A stretch of 64,000 nt of DNA from a virus (IMGVR_UViG_3300007539_000013:15742-79741), one strand, 5' to 3'; positions 47,935 to 56,511 are shown, numbered from the stretch's first letter. Numbers and translations: made by a program. Notes: generated by a model not told the origin, from the sequence alone.

Positions 47935-48291
47935 TTATTTTGTTAAATGGTTTTCCATTTTGTCGCGCAATCTGTCTAATTCTTTTTCAAGATACTTAAG
48001 TCGCTCAAATTGTTGATGGTCTGAAGTAATTGGCATATCTTGCATTTCCACTAGGTGATCTAGGTCGCTCTTGGCTTGCTCTGCAAATTTCTCGATATGC
48101 ATCATGCGAGCAGATAGATCACCGAGCATAGTTCCCTCGTGCTGCACTCGATCCAATCCATTATCAAGCGTAGTGAGCTTGTTCCAAATAACCGAGTAGC
48201 CCCAGACCGCCGTACCAACAATAGCAATGACCTTCGCCATAAAAGCGAGGTTTGCTTTGACCTGAGTGCTCTCCCCTACTTCAGCCGCCAT
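47935..48291 (-). CDS. Membrane-anchored coiled-coil protein
   Basis: One hydrophobic helix then heptads. Confidence 0.6.
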   Translation of the reverse strand: MAAEVGESTQVKANLAFMAKVIAIVGTAVWGYSVIWNKLTTLDNGLDRVQHEGTMLGDLSARMMHIEKFAEQAKSDLDHLVEMQDMPITSDHQQFERLKYLEKELDRLRDKMENHLTK

Positions 48292-48422
48292 TACTTTTTT
48301 TTAAGACGCAAACATTTCCCTGCTTTTCTGCATTTGGGTTTGTTTGGGCAAGTTGAGCAGGGTTTAAATGCAGCCTTTCTTGCGGGTTTCTTTTTTGCCA
48401 TTGGTTTTTTTCCGTATGCCAT
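48291..48422 (-). CDS. 43-aa basic Cys4 peptide
   Basis: MAYGKKPMAKKKPARKAAFKPCSTCPNKPKCRKAGKCLRLKKK; fills the gap exactly. Confidence 0.65.
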   Translation of the reverse strand: MAYGKKPMAKKKPARKAAFKPCSTCPNKPKCRKAGKCLRLKKK

Positions 48423-48424
48423 AA

Positions 48425-48664
48425 TTATGCCTTTTTTGTTCTGCGCCCCATGCCTACTTTCCTTTTTTCAGCAACAAGAGCTTTTTTCTTTTTGCCAACC
48501 TGTTTCCATGTCTTTGGCGTTTTCTTTGAAATTCTTTTACTGGGGCGACACTTCTTGACGCCCTTAGTTTTTTTATTACCGCAAGGACGGCCGTTTTGAT
48601 CTGTCCACTTTTCTTTAAACCAGCGTTTAAGATTAGCCCCAGCCTTACCTTTGCGAACTGCCAT
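48425..48664 (-). CDS. Small basic protein, DUF5872-like
   Basis: LKRWFKEKW...CG...CRPSKRISKKTPKT; ATG at 48664. Confidence 0.7.
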   Translation of the reverse strand: MAVRKGKAGANLKRWFKEKWTDQNGRPCGNKKTKGVKKCRPSKRISKKTPKTWKQVGKKKKALVAEKRKVGMGRRTKKA

Positions 48665-48665
48665 A

Positions 48666-48812
48666 TCACTTCTTTTTCCCAGCCCGCCGCTTACGGCATT
48701 TTGCAATAGCTCCACTTGCGTAGGCAGATGGGAATACCTTGTAGGAAGCTTTCACCTTATGGTAACAAGCATCCTTCTTAGACTTAGGTTTACTACTTTT
48801 GCGTTTTTTCAT
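48666..48812 (-). CDS. 48-aa basic protein
   Basis: KDACYHKVKASYKVFPSAYASGAIAKCRK. Confidence 0.65.
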   Translation of the reverse strand: MKKRKSSKPKSKKDACYHKVKASYKVFPSAYASGAIAKCRKRRAGKKK

Positions 48813-49014
48813 AAAGGTTCTGTATATCTTTTCTCCTATCCTCCACGACCTTTAGTAGTGTTCTTATACGCTCAGTATTCCTGGCGTCTGAAATTTCTAG
48901 CTTACGGATCACGCTTTTTAACGAATCTATTTCAGCCTTATTTTTCTTTAGGAAAAAACCCAGTACAGATATAGCAAGGGTAACCCCGGCAAACATATAA
49001 TGAGTGATCTCCAT
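48793..49014 (-). CDS. Small membrane-anchored coiled-coil protein
   Basis: N-terminal hydrophobic helix; motif copy abuts the ATG. Confidence 0.65.
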   Translation of the reverse strand: MEITHYMFAGVTLAISVLGFFLKKNKAEIDSLKSVIRKLEISDARNTERIRTLLKVVEDRRKDIQNLYEKTQK

Positions 49015-49038
49015 TGTTACACTTTAGTTCGTGTTACT
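49015..49038 (-). promoter_or_regulatory. 24-bp bipartite motif copy
   Basis: AGTAACACGAACTAAAGTGTAACA immediately followed by ATG. Confidence 0.75.
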
Positions 49039-49041
49039 TAA

Positions 49042-49281
49042 TCATGCAATATACTTTAATGCTTTTTGTTTCTTCTTTAAGTATGGCTGACCGTGGTACC
49101 ATTGCTTCCAATTTTCACAGACTAAATCCGCTTCCTCTTTTGTATCAAACTGAATTCCTATATCGGGAAGCTCTGTCCCCTTGGCTAGTCGTAGGCCGAT
49201 AGCACCTTCCCCCAGTAAGCCCTGGGATCGTATGATCCAGCCCCTGTCGCTCTTACGAACGACAAAAGTTAGGTCACTCAT
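49042..49281 (-). CDS. Hypothetical protein
   Basis: ATG at 49281 overlapping the upstream gene end. Confidence 0.55.
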   Translation of the reverse strand: MSDLTFVVRKSDRGWIIRSQGLLGEGAIGLRLAKGTELPDIGIQFDTKEEADLVCENWKQWYHGQPYLKKKQKALKYIA

Positions 49282-49447
49282 CCTGCTCTTTAAGAGCAAG
49301 CAACTGTTCCCTTTGTGCGATCAATTTTAATATCAATTCAGCCCGATCATTATCAAGACGCTCTTTCTTCGCCTCGATCATTTGAAGATCCTGCTTGATA
49401 TTACGCAACCGCACCTGAAGGATTTGTTCCTGCGATTCTTTTCTCAT
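49274..49447 (-). CDS. Small coiled-coil protein
   Basis: MRKESQEQILQVRL... Confidence 0.5.
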   Translation of the reverse strand: MRKESQEQILQVRLRNIKQDLQMIEAKKERLDNDRAELILKLIAQREQLLALKEQDE

Positions 49448-49652
49448 GTTCCGATATTTGGTTAATACACCAATTATAAGCCTGCTCCAGCTTACCCTCT
49501 TCAAAGCCTTGTGATGTTTGGTGAGAGTCCTCCGCGGTCATGTAATTAAAATGCGCCATCCAAAACGGATTGGGCAAATCCATCATTTCCAAGGTAGCAC
49601 TACAACCAGGGCGTTTGATCTCACCCCGAAACCTATCCCACTTAATTACCAT
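49401..49652 (-). CDS. Hypothetical protein
   Basis: 83 aa in the leftward operon. Confidence 0.5.
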   Translation of the reverse strand: MVIKWDRFRGEIKRPGCSATLEMMDLPNPFWMAHFNYMTAEDSHQTSQGFEEGKLEQAYNWCINQISEHEKRIAGTNPSGAVA

Positions 49653-49951
49653 CCGAAATTATCCCCCATGTTTTGCCTGCCCCAGCAGTGGTCTTTAACA
49701 AGTGCCTTGTATGGGGCATAGCAACCACACCCCATTTCTGACTCGGGAAATGGTCGACATGTTTTTCTTGATTTATCAAAAATGGGACATCTATAACAGA
49801 TATACATCCTAGATCTCCACATCTCCTCAGAGTATGGACTCCTTGAAATTTGAAAGGCTGCCTTTAGGATTTCAAGGTAATCCCGCCAAGAAACTTTCGG
49901 GCCGAAAGCTACTCTTAGGAACTCCTTAAATCTCCTAAATGAAATCATCAT
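49646..49951 (-). CDS. Cys-rich putative metal-binding protein
   Basis: R...CYRCP...C...GCGC...K...C pattern. Confidence 0.65.
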   Translation of the reverse strand: MMISFRRFKEFLRVAFGPKVSWRDYLEILKAAFQISRSPYSEEMWRSRMYICYRCPIFDKSRKTCRPFPESEMGCGCYAPYKALVKDHCWGRQNMGDNFGW

Positions 49952-50823
49952 GTAAGCATACTGGAAGCATTGCCGTACATATTGGCCAATGACTTTGCCT
50001 GTGGACTCGTGGGATCAGCTTCTGCATTTGCATTTAGTAATTCAAGAGCGATCTTATTTTGATCGTCACTTATTTGATCACTGTATCTAGGGGCTTGATT
50101 CATTTGATTTGGCATATACCCGGCAGGCTGACCTGTGAGGGGAACACCAAAATTTAAATTACCACCCCCTCTGTTTGGTTGAACATTTACCTGGTACGGG
50201 GTTACCTGACCGCCCGACACGCCTGCTCTACCTCCCCCGCCTGACCCAAGTGTGTTTCCGAGTACACCGAATAAATTCATGAGTGCAGGCATCTTACCTT
50301 TACCCATTCCAAAAAATCCACCATCGTTACCTGGCATTAATCCAGAACCAAACCCTCCTTCGGGTGGTGCAAGAACAGTTCCGTAACCAACTGGCTGAGA
50401 AGCGGCCGGGCCAAATAACCCACCTAAGTATCCCTGACTCGGGGTGATTGTTCCACCAACACCTAAATTGGGCAATAATCCACCAGCAAGTTTATCTGCA
50501 CCCGCATATAATCCACCAAGACCACCAAGCGCATTTGCTCCAGTTCCAATAATTCCACTACCAAGTGAACTTAATGCACCCGGAATATTTCCAGCACCTA
50601 ATGCAGTAAGACCTCCACCCAGTCCACTACCTAAACTACCAACCATACCACCAAGTGATGAACCAACTACGGGAATTGATCCCAAAGCCCCACCTAAAGC
50701 CCCCGCTCCAGAGGCTAACGCTCCACCAATTCCGCTTGCAGCGGCTCCAAGTCCGCTACCTATAGCTCCTACTGCGGGTAATACTGCTGATCCTATCGCG
50801 GGTAATGCAAATGCAAATGCCAT
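49948..50823 (-). CDS. Gly-rich putative virion/ejection protein
   Basis: Long G/A/L/S low-complexity N-terminal half. Confidence 0.65.
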   Translation of the reverse strand: MAFAFALPAIGSAVLPAVGAIGSGLGAAASGIGGALASGAGALGGALGSIPVVGSSLGGMVGSLGSGLGGGLTALGAGNIPGALSSLGSGIIGTGANALGGLGGLYAGADKLAGGLLPNLGVGGTITPSQGYLGGLFGPAASQPVGYGTVLAPPEGGFGSGLMPGNDGGFFGMGKGKMPALMNLFGVLGNTLGSGGGGRAGVSGGQVTPYQVNVQPNRGGGNLNFGVPLTGQPAGYMPNQMNQAPRYSDQISDDQNKIALELLNANAEADPTSPQAKSLANMYGNASSMLT

Positions 50824-51299
50824 TATTTTATCTCCTTTTCCTGTTTGAATTCAATTTCAGTAAAATCTTTTGCTATAACTTCCTCCTCAACCTCCTCAGG
50901 AGTAGTCTTATCTGTCGCATGGACGGTGTACCAAACACATTCCTCCAATACATGGATCAATCTTTTAGTACCAGGCTCAGTAATACCCATATAAGGAGCT
51001 ACTATTTCTACAACCCCCTCCTCAGTCATCACCTTACACCTACCCTTCAAAACAAAAAATGGGTGCCTGACCTTGTGAATCTTAGTAGTAACCACCATAT
51101 CCTTAGGCATTCTTACCATCCTCACATATAAACCATTGATAAATTGGTGAGTTAAGTCCCCATCCAATGCCTCAACCCAGTCATCACCCTTTATATGGTC
51201 AGGGTTTTCCATCCAATAATTCTCCAATCCCTGTATAGCCCTCCTCACATTACCATTTACAGCAATGTCAGACTCCAGTTTTTGGATTAAATCAACCAT
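50823..51299 (-). CDS. Cupin-fold phage protein
   Basis: HQFINGLYVR...KIHKVRH...PGTKR...WYTVH. Confidence 0.8.
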   Translation of the reverse strand: MVDLIQKLESDIAVNGNVRRAIQGLENYWMENPDHIKGDDWVEALDGDLTHQFINGLYVRMVRMPKDMVVTTKIHKVRHPFFVLKGRCKVMTEEGVVEIVAPYMGITEPGTKRLIHVLEECVWYTVHATDKTTPEEVEEEVIAKDFTEIEFKQEKEIK

Positions 51300-51306
51300 A
51301 CAACAT

Positions 51307-51343
51307 TGTTACTATATTATTATTGTAACCCATTTTAAGTCAA
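51307..51343 (-). promoter_or_regulatory. Motif copy (51307-51330) overlapping a sigma70-like promoter
   Basis: Minus strand TTGACT-N18-TAATAT overlaps GGTTACAATAATAATATAGTAACA. Confidence 0.55.
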
Positions 51344-51500
51344 GAAGCATATAAAACCCTACCTTTGTTCCTAAAAAGCCTTTCTACCACACTCTACGGG
51401 CGTTAGATCACTGTTTAAAAAGTCTCCAGATGCTGGAAACTTGAGAAAACAGGTATATACATATACGCACGGGAACGGCAAACCCCCCAAGCACCCCCCC

Positions 51501-51526
51501 TGTTACACTATTGTAGTATTGTAACA
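51501..51526. promoter_or_regulatory. Inverted TGTTACA/TGTAACA pair with 12-bp spacer
   Basis: TGTTACACTATTGTAGTATTGTAACA in the divergent intergenic region. Confidence 0.55.
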
Positions 51527-51650
51527 CCACACACACAAACCTCTGATTTGTAGTGGTTTACATAGGTGGCAAGTTTGCGTTTGTCCCGATCCTTGCCACG
51601 CTATCACCTCGCTATCATTGACGGACACAACCCATAGAAAAATAAATATC

Positions 51651-52256
51651 ATGACACTAGAAACAACCACCGCTAAAGACTTGGCTAAATTGACCAAGAC
51701 GAAACTAATCGAACGAGTATTGGAAGTTGAAACTGCACCACCTGCCAACCTTGCAGAGCAGTTTGCAGAAGCGAAGCAGATGCTTATCGACTCAGTAGAC
51801 GGAAACGCCTCACTTGTAGACAAGGAAGCACTTGCCGACCTTACTGCTGACTTTTCACGCCAAGCATGGAAAGAGGTAAACAATGCCCTTGCTACACTTG
51901 GAAAGATTGCAGACTTCAATCCTCACAAGATTGCCATGATCGACACGAACGGAAGACCACTTGGAAAGATTGCAAACTTCTGCCGTGAACTATTCGAGAA
52001 TGGATTGGACGATCAAATGGAAATTGACAGAGGGAAACAATGCCAGTTTTCAGCCAAGGAGAAATCCTTAGCTAAAGACTTCTGCCAATTAGTGAGAGGA
52101 GTTCTGAACTATTGGCAAAATACCTTGCCAGAGGTCAGAACCCAATGGGAAGAAGCCACTCGCGCACGTGGTGCGAAAACCGAGAGTGTGAAAGCACTTA
52201 GCAAGATCACCTCGACCAATGTCCGCACCACTATCGAAGTTGCCAAGGAAGATTAA
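51651..52256 (+). CDS. Hypothetical helical protein, first gene of the rightward block
   Basis: ATG at 51651 after an A-rich leader; internal repeat CACTTGGAAAGATTGCA (LGKIA twice). Confidence 0.7.
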   Translation: MTLETTTAKDLAKLTKTKLIERVLEVETAPPANLAEQFAEAKQMLIDSVDGNASLVDKEALADLTADFSRQAWKEVNNALATLGKIADFNPHKIAMIDTNGRPLGKIANFCRELFENGLDDQMEIDRGKQCQFSAKEKSLAKDFCQLVRGVLNYWQNTLPEVRTQWEEATRARGAKTESVKALSKITSTNVRTTIEVAKED

Positions 52257-52291
52257 TCCCTTGGAACTGAACCAACAATCAAAACGCCTTC

Positions 52292-52360
52292 GCCCTAGCA
52301 ATAGGGCAAGGCAAACCAAGGCAAATTCGATTGAGTTTGCCTTGGTTTGCTTTGCTTTAC
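52292..52360 (+). terminator. GCAA-tetraloop hairpin plus 23-bp hairpin, terminator-like
   Basis: 52306-52328 pairs with 52333-52355; the only two non-canonical pairs are G-U on the plus strand. Confidence 0.7.
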
Positions 52361-52599
52361 GTTGCAAACGCAATTTCCATAGATTGGATAAATTCCAAGT
52401 TGCCAACTTGCAGGAGAATCCTGCCGAGATATATAAGTTGAACGCTTGGAATTTGCCACCTTGCCAAGTTACTTGGAACTCTTGCGAGAGTTGCCATTTG
52501 CTTGGAAGCACAAGGTAACAGATCGTTAAATCAGGAATTTAAAACCGAACTTGGGTAAGTACTTTACCCTAGTTTATTTGTAGTCTTTTTTTATTTGAT

Positions 52600-53938
52600 A
52601 CAAATTTACCTGGAGTGCGTGGCATAGTTAGAAATTTTTAAAAAATTTCGCTATCACTATCACGCGCAACCGCCTAGTTGCGGTGCAGGTCAGTTTTTAT
52701 TTCGACCATAATTTGCTTTGGGTTATGTAGCCTGAGGTCATGTATATATCGTGTAGCATTTTGATGCGCGGCATTATCGGTGCCGTTGCTCGCTAGTGTG
52801 ATCCAGCCTTGTTGATCACCTACACATCTTACATACACTCTGTACAGCGTAGCGGGTAGCAGAAGTACCTATTGATGTGCTGTTGTTCATCATTAAGTGT
52901 TGTGCCTGTACGAGTCAGCTCCTTGGTGGGTGTATGTTGTCACTGATGTGCAGTACCAATGTATTTAGGACATTGGAGAATTCTATGTGTGAGATATGTA
53001 CGTATATGACGGATGAATGGAGCCGATGCCTGTATTCAATTACACATTGTCAAATTATGAGTAGCGTTTGATCACATACTGAACGAAGTAGCCATAGAGG
53101 TGAAGGAGGGTGCAAGTCCCCGTCAGACGCTTTATAAAACATACAAGGGAGCCAGGATCATGGCTAAGATCATGACCACCTAACGGAACGCAAACTTGTA
53201 TGCCTCTTCTCCGAGCATTTATCAACGGAGGCAATGGGTGAGGTAACCGGCTACTGCTGTGTCCTGTTTTGACACATAAAGGTCACAAGTGGTTATGGTG
53301 AGATAACTCGTTGAGAAAGGAGCGGTGGTACGGAGCCACCAGTCATGTGTACATTTGTCATGTATGTGCAGGTGACTTAATGCAATTAGGTAGGGCAAGA
53401 CCTGTCTCATCACTGCAGGAATTGTCTAGGCTGAAACCTATGACTATCCATAAGGACAACGAACTAGGCTTACGGGCTGAATGAATGATGTTCGTCTCAG
53501 ATATATCTGACCCAGCTACACTTATGTGTACAGGTATATTGGTGTGTATGTACTCTTATGGATGATTGTCTGTAATAGTAGGTGATGTTGTTTCGTCCAC
53601 GGGGAGCGTTATGCCCCCGTCGCACCCCGCAAAGCGATGGATGAGTTCATCGTGGGTGCAGTCACCTGCACTACACTATGTAGTGTGGGTGACCCATTTC
53701 ACATCCAATAACCTCAACAAGGAGGAATCATGTAAACGCAAGTACAGTTAGGGGGTTGGGTGCCCCCGCCTTTGATATGCAAAACTGCATGAAGAAAGCA
53801 GTGCCTGATGACAACAGGCTAGTGCAGAGTCAGAATGGGCTTAGTCAGCCTTAACAAACCATATCAAACGGAAGGGTGTCTGCTCCGTAGCTCAATTAGA
53901 TGAGGGTTCGCCCTTCGACTCGAAAGAGCAACAGGCAC
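52600..53938 (+). ncRNA. Candidate large structured non-coding RNA (family not identified; 5' end uncertain)
   Basis: No credible ORF; more than 20 hairpins and several long-range helices with plus-strand G-U pairs; GNRA/UUCG loops; terminator at the 3' end. Confidence 0.7.
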
Positions 53939-53977
53939 AGGGGCATCGGTTTTCGTGACCGATGCCCTTTTCTTTTT
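53939..53977 (+). terminator. Intrinsic terminator
   Basis: GGGCATCGGT-loop-ACCGATGCCC followed by TTTTCTTTTT. Confidence 0.9.
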
Positions 53978-54023
53978 ACTAGCGAAAGCTATCACAACAA
54001 CAACAACCAACAAAAGGTATACA

Positions 54024-54191
54024 ATGAGCAACAAAACTAAGTCTCAAACTAAAGGTGCATTCGGCGGCGGTCGTCGAACAAACAGCATAAAGTTAATCCA
54101 AATTGGCTACAATCCGGCTACACCTGCTATGCGGGCTGCTAAATACAAGATTAAGTCAATGAAGGCGCAAGGCTTCCGGAAGAAAGGGTAA
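54024..54191 (+). CDS. Small basic hypothetical protein
   Basis: ATG at 54024 with AAGG upstream. Confidence 0.5.
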   Translation: MSNKTKSQTKGAFGGGRRTNSIKLIQIGYNPATPAMRAAKYKIKSMKAQGFRKKG

Positions 54192-54194
54192 GTC

Positions 54195-54410
54195 ATGCTT
54201 ATTAAAATCAATAACACTTGGGTTAATCCCAGGTATGTCACTGCAATTAAGGAGCTACCCAGAAGCAGTGACCTCACAAACGAAGCAGGCATAAAGTATA
54301 TGTCTGAAGTATGGGTAGTAGGTAATGCAGGCTACAATACATTCAATGTGTATAGTTGTATGCCCGCCAAGGAAATAGCTATTAAGCTAAACGAACTCAC
54401 TGATGAGTAG
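54195..54410 (+). CDS. Hypothetical protein
   Basis: MLIKINNTWVNPRYVTAI; resembles the 45981 peptide (INP..V). Confidence 0.6.
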   Translation: MLIKINNTWVNPRYVTAIKELPRSSDLTNEAGIKYMSEVWVVGNAGYNTFNVYSCMPAKEIAIKLNELTDE

Positions 54411-54606
54411 AACAAGGCGCGGTAAGCGTGCCAATAAAGCTTACAACAAAGCTCAGTCCTTAATCCATGGCGATACTGAGCATCGTAAACTGATACCCGT
54501 GCAGTGCGGTAAGTGCTGGGTGTATCAAACTGAAAAGTCCCACGAGCCACCTAAGTTCATTGACCTGAACTCTCCTCACAGGAAGGGGTACGCAAGTGGG
54601 TGCTAA
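54403..54606 (+). CDS. Hypothetical protein
   Basis: 67 aa, overlapping operon arrangement. Confidence 0.45.
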   Translation: MSRTRRGKRANKAYNKAQSLIHGDTEHRKLIPVQCGKCWVYQTEKSHEPPKFIDLNSPHRKGYASGC

Positions 54607-54859
54607 TCTAACGGAGAGGGAGAAATTCCTCTGCGCATTCGTAATAAACAACAGGGGCTGGAGACCCCAAGCTATGAGTAAATCAAAAGCTAAGAAACGC
54701 ATGGCACTCGCAGTTGAGCGTCGTGTAAATAAACAACGCAAACCACGCAAGGTTCAGCCTTGCATAGAGGTGGAGGTCAGAGGTAACAGACGCACTAAAG
54801 CGTTTGGTACTTCACTTGGTATGGCAATCGCAGAAGCTAGGAGGAATAAAAATGCCTGA
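54596..54859 (+). CDS. Basic hypothetical protein
   Basis: 87 aa, overlapping operon arrangement. Confidence 0.45.
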   Translation: MGANLTEREKFLCAFVINNRGWRPQAMSKSKAKKRMALAVERRVNKQRKPRKVQPCIEVEVRGNRRTKAFGTSLGMAIAEARRNKNA

Positions 54860-55493
54860 AGCAGTAGTAGCAGCAACATACACAGGTGCGCTCGCCGATG
54901 AGGTAAGCAGAAGGGAGTGGTTCCTTAAGCATGCCCGTGGCTTGTATCACTATGACTCAACTCTCGATCCATATACTAACATCTTTATGGATGAGGGTGC
55001 TAAACTAATAATGACCGGTATTGCTGAAGCTGTACTCAATGGTGCAGGTTGGGGATCAGATGATCCACCCAATGGTAAAGGTCGTGGCTTGCCATGGGAT
55101 CATACCGATAGTCTGTTTACTACATTCCAAATATGGCATGCTCACCGTGAGTGGTGCGAGGACACGGGTTCGTACAAGTCTATACCTAACAAGATCGTAT
55201 ACTACCTAACTCGTGATGATCGTTATGATTTTGCGTTCCAACGGTATGTACTTCGTCGTGAGGTGGAACTGAAGGAAGCTGTTGAGCGATGGGATTATGT
55301 CCGTCATAATGAGCCCACGCATAAATGGTATCCATACCCTGGTGTAAACAAGGAGATGACTAAGAAGTTTATGATGCTTTATGACTATCGTAAGTATACA
55401 TCTGAGTTGCCCGAGGATGAGCGGATGGGGTATGTATTCTCCATGAATGGTGGACTCTTACATGATGACAAAGGATGGAGGACATGCACATGA
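54852..55493 (+). CDS. Hypothetical protein
   Basis: ATG at 54852 with AGGAGG SD. Confidence 0.65.
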   Translation: MPEAVVAATYTGALADEVSRREWFLKHARGLYHYDSTLDPYTNIFMDEGAKLIMTGIAEAVLNGAGWGSDDPPNGKGRGLPWDHTDSLFTTFQIWHAHREWCEDTGSYKSIPNKIVYYLTRDDRYDFAFQRYVLRREVELKEAVERWDYVRHNEPTHKWYPYPGVNKEMTKKFMMLYDYRKYTSELPEDERMGYVFSMNGGLLHDDKGWRTCT

Positions 55494-55654
55494 GTAGATT
55501 CAATGTAAATATCAAGCTGAAGGCTGATGAGTACAAACAACTCAAGGACTCAGGCAAGATTGTGCAGATGCATACCGTTGTAGATACAAATACCCAGCAG
55601 GTATCAGTTGTATGGGTAAATATAACTGGCCCAAACAGAAAGCCTAAGTCATGA
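55490..55654 (+). CDS. 54-aa hypothetical protein
   Basis: ATGA overlaps at both ends. Confidence 0.55.
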   Translation: MSRFNVNIKLKADEYKQLKDSGKIVQMHTVVDTNTQQVSVVWVNITGPNRKPKS

Positions 55655-56511
55655 GTGAGCTATACTACGCATGGAATCGTAAGGGTCAGCCAATCGCAAA
55701 GGTAGGTGATGACTTTCTGCGTCCGATCGCAGAAAAACTATCACTCGTCAATGACTACATCTTTGGTGACAAGTCATACTTTGTGGATGCACCAAGTGTT
55801 CCTACTGACTTCTGCAATGTGGTTGAGTGTGTTGAGCCTAAGCCGATCTGGATGCCTCGTATGGAGTCCTGCCCCATCCTTCCAATTGATGAGATCATGA
55901 GCATGCTCAGGTATCCCGTTGGTTCAGTTAATTCACCGCTTAATCCACAAACATATGTGGAGGGCAAGCTCGATGAAATGAGGTGCTACATGGTTGTATG
56001 GAATGATCGGGTCAGGAGTACATTCACTGATAAACGAGGTGGGTATATCGGTTATGACCTCGGTCTATTCACATCAGACAAGTACCCCAACCTGAAAGGT
56101 AAAGCAGTTATTCATGACATCGTTGCCAAGTGGGCATATTGCCACCGCAAGGCATGGCTGGAGCAGGACAACTTTCTGCCTTGGCTACACCTTGAGTCTA
56201 AGAATGGAGGCTTGACGCCATATGATGAGGTGTTCGTCAACAAGAGGGTGAAACTACCCTCTAAGACCGGAGGAGCCGAATGGGATGATTACCATAATAA
56301 TGTATATAAGGCAGTTGCTCGAGCAACCGCATGGGATCATGACGAGGACTGGCATCGCTGTGCGTACCCACCGTGTGAATTCAAGTGGTACGAGGGTATT
56401 GTAATGAAGCATAAGTTTCACCACTACAGAGTTCACTACATTAAACCACATGAGGTAGGTAAAGCACAGACCATAAATGTGGGTGAGTGGGAGAAGCTGA
56501 GGTGGGATTAA
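55651..56511 (+). CDS. ATP-dependent ligase-like nucleotidyltransferase domain, divergent
   Basis: EGKLDEMR (motif I), VIHDI (IIIa), YEGIVMK (IV), WEKLR (V); ends without an OB domain. Confidence 0.65.
   Translation: MSELYYAWNRKGQPIAKVGDDFLRPIAEKLSLVNDYIFGDKSYFVDAPSVPTDFCNVVECVEPKPIWMPRMESCPILPIDEIMSMLRYPVGSVNSPLNPQTYVEGKLDEMRCYMVVWNDRVRSTFTDKRGGYIGYDLGLFTSDKYPNLKGKAVIHDIVAKWAYCHRKAWLEQDNFLPWLHLESKNGGLTPYDEVFVNKRVKLPSKTGGAEWDDYHNNVYKAVARATAWDHDEDWHRCAYPPCEFKWYEGIVMKHKFHHYRVHYIKPHEVGKAQTINVGEWEKLRWD

Noticed and set aside
51537-51562. dif/Xer-like site (AAACC...GGTTT)
   Set aside because: Single weak inverted repeat without a convincing XerC/XerD consensus.
52877-53751. Short ORFs (52877, 53222, 53566) in the structured region
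   Set aside because: Cys/Ser-rich atypical composition, no SD and no operon coupling.
52600-53977. Group I/II intron, RNase P RNA or tmRNA
   Set aside because: No interrupted gene. GAGCCGATG near 53020 does not extend into a group II domain V, no RNase P GAGGAAAGTCC is present, and GGGGCATCGG at 53940 is the terminator stem.
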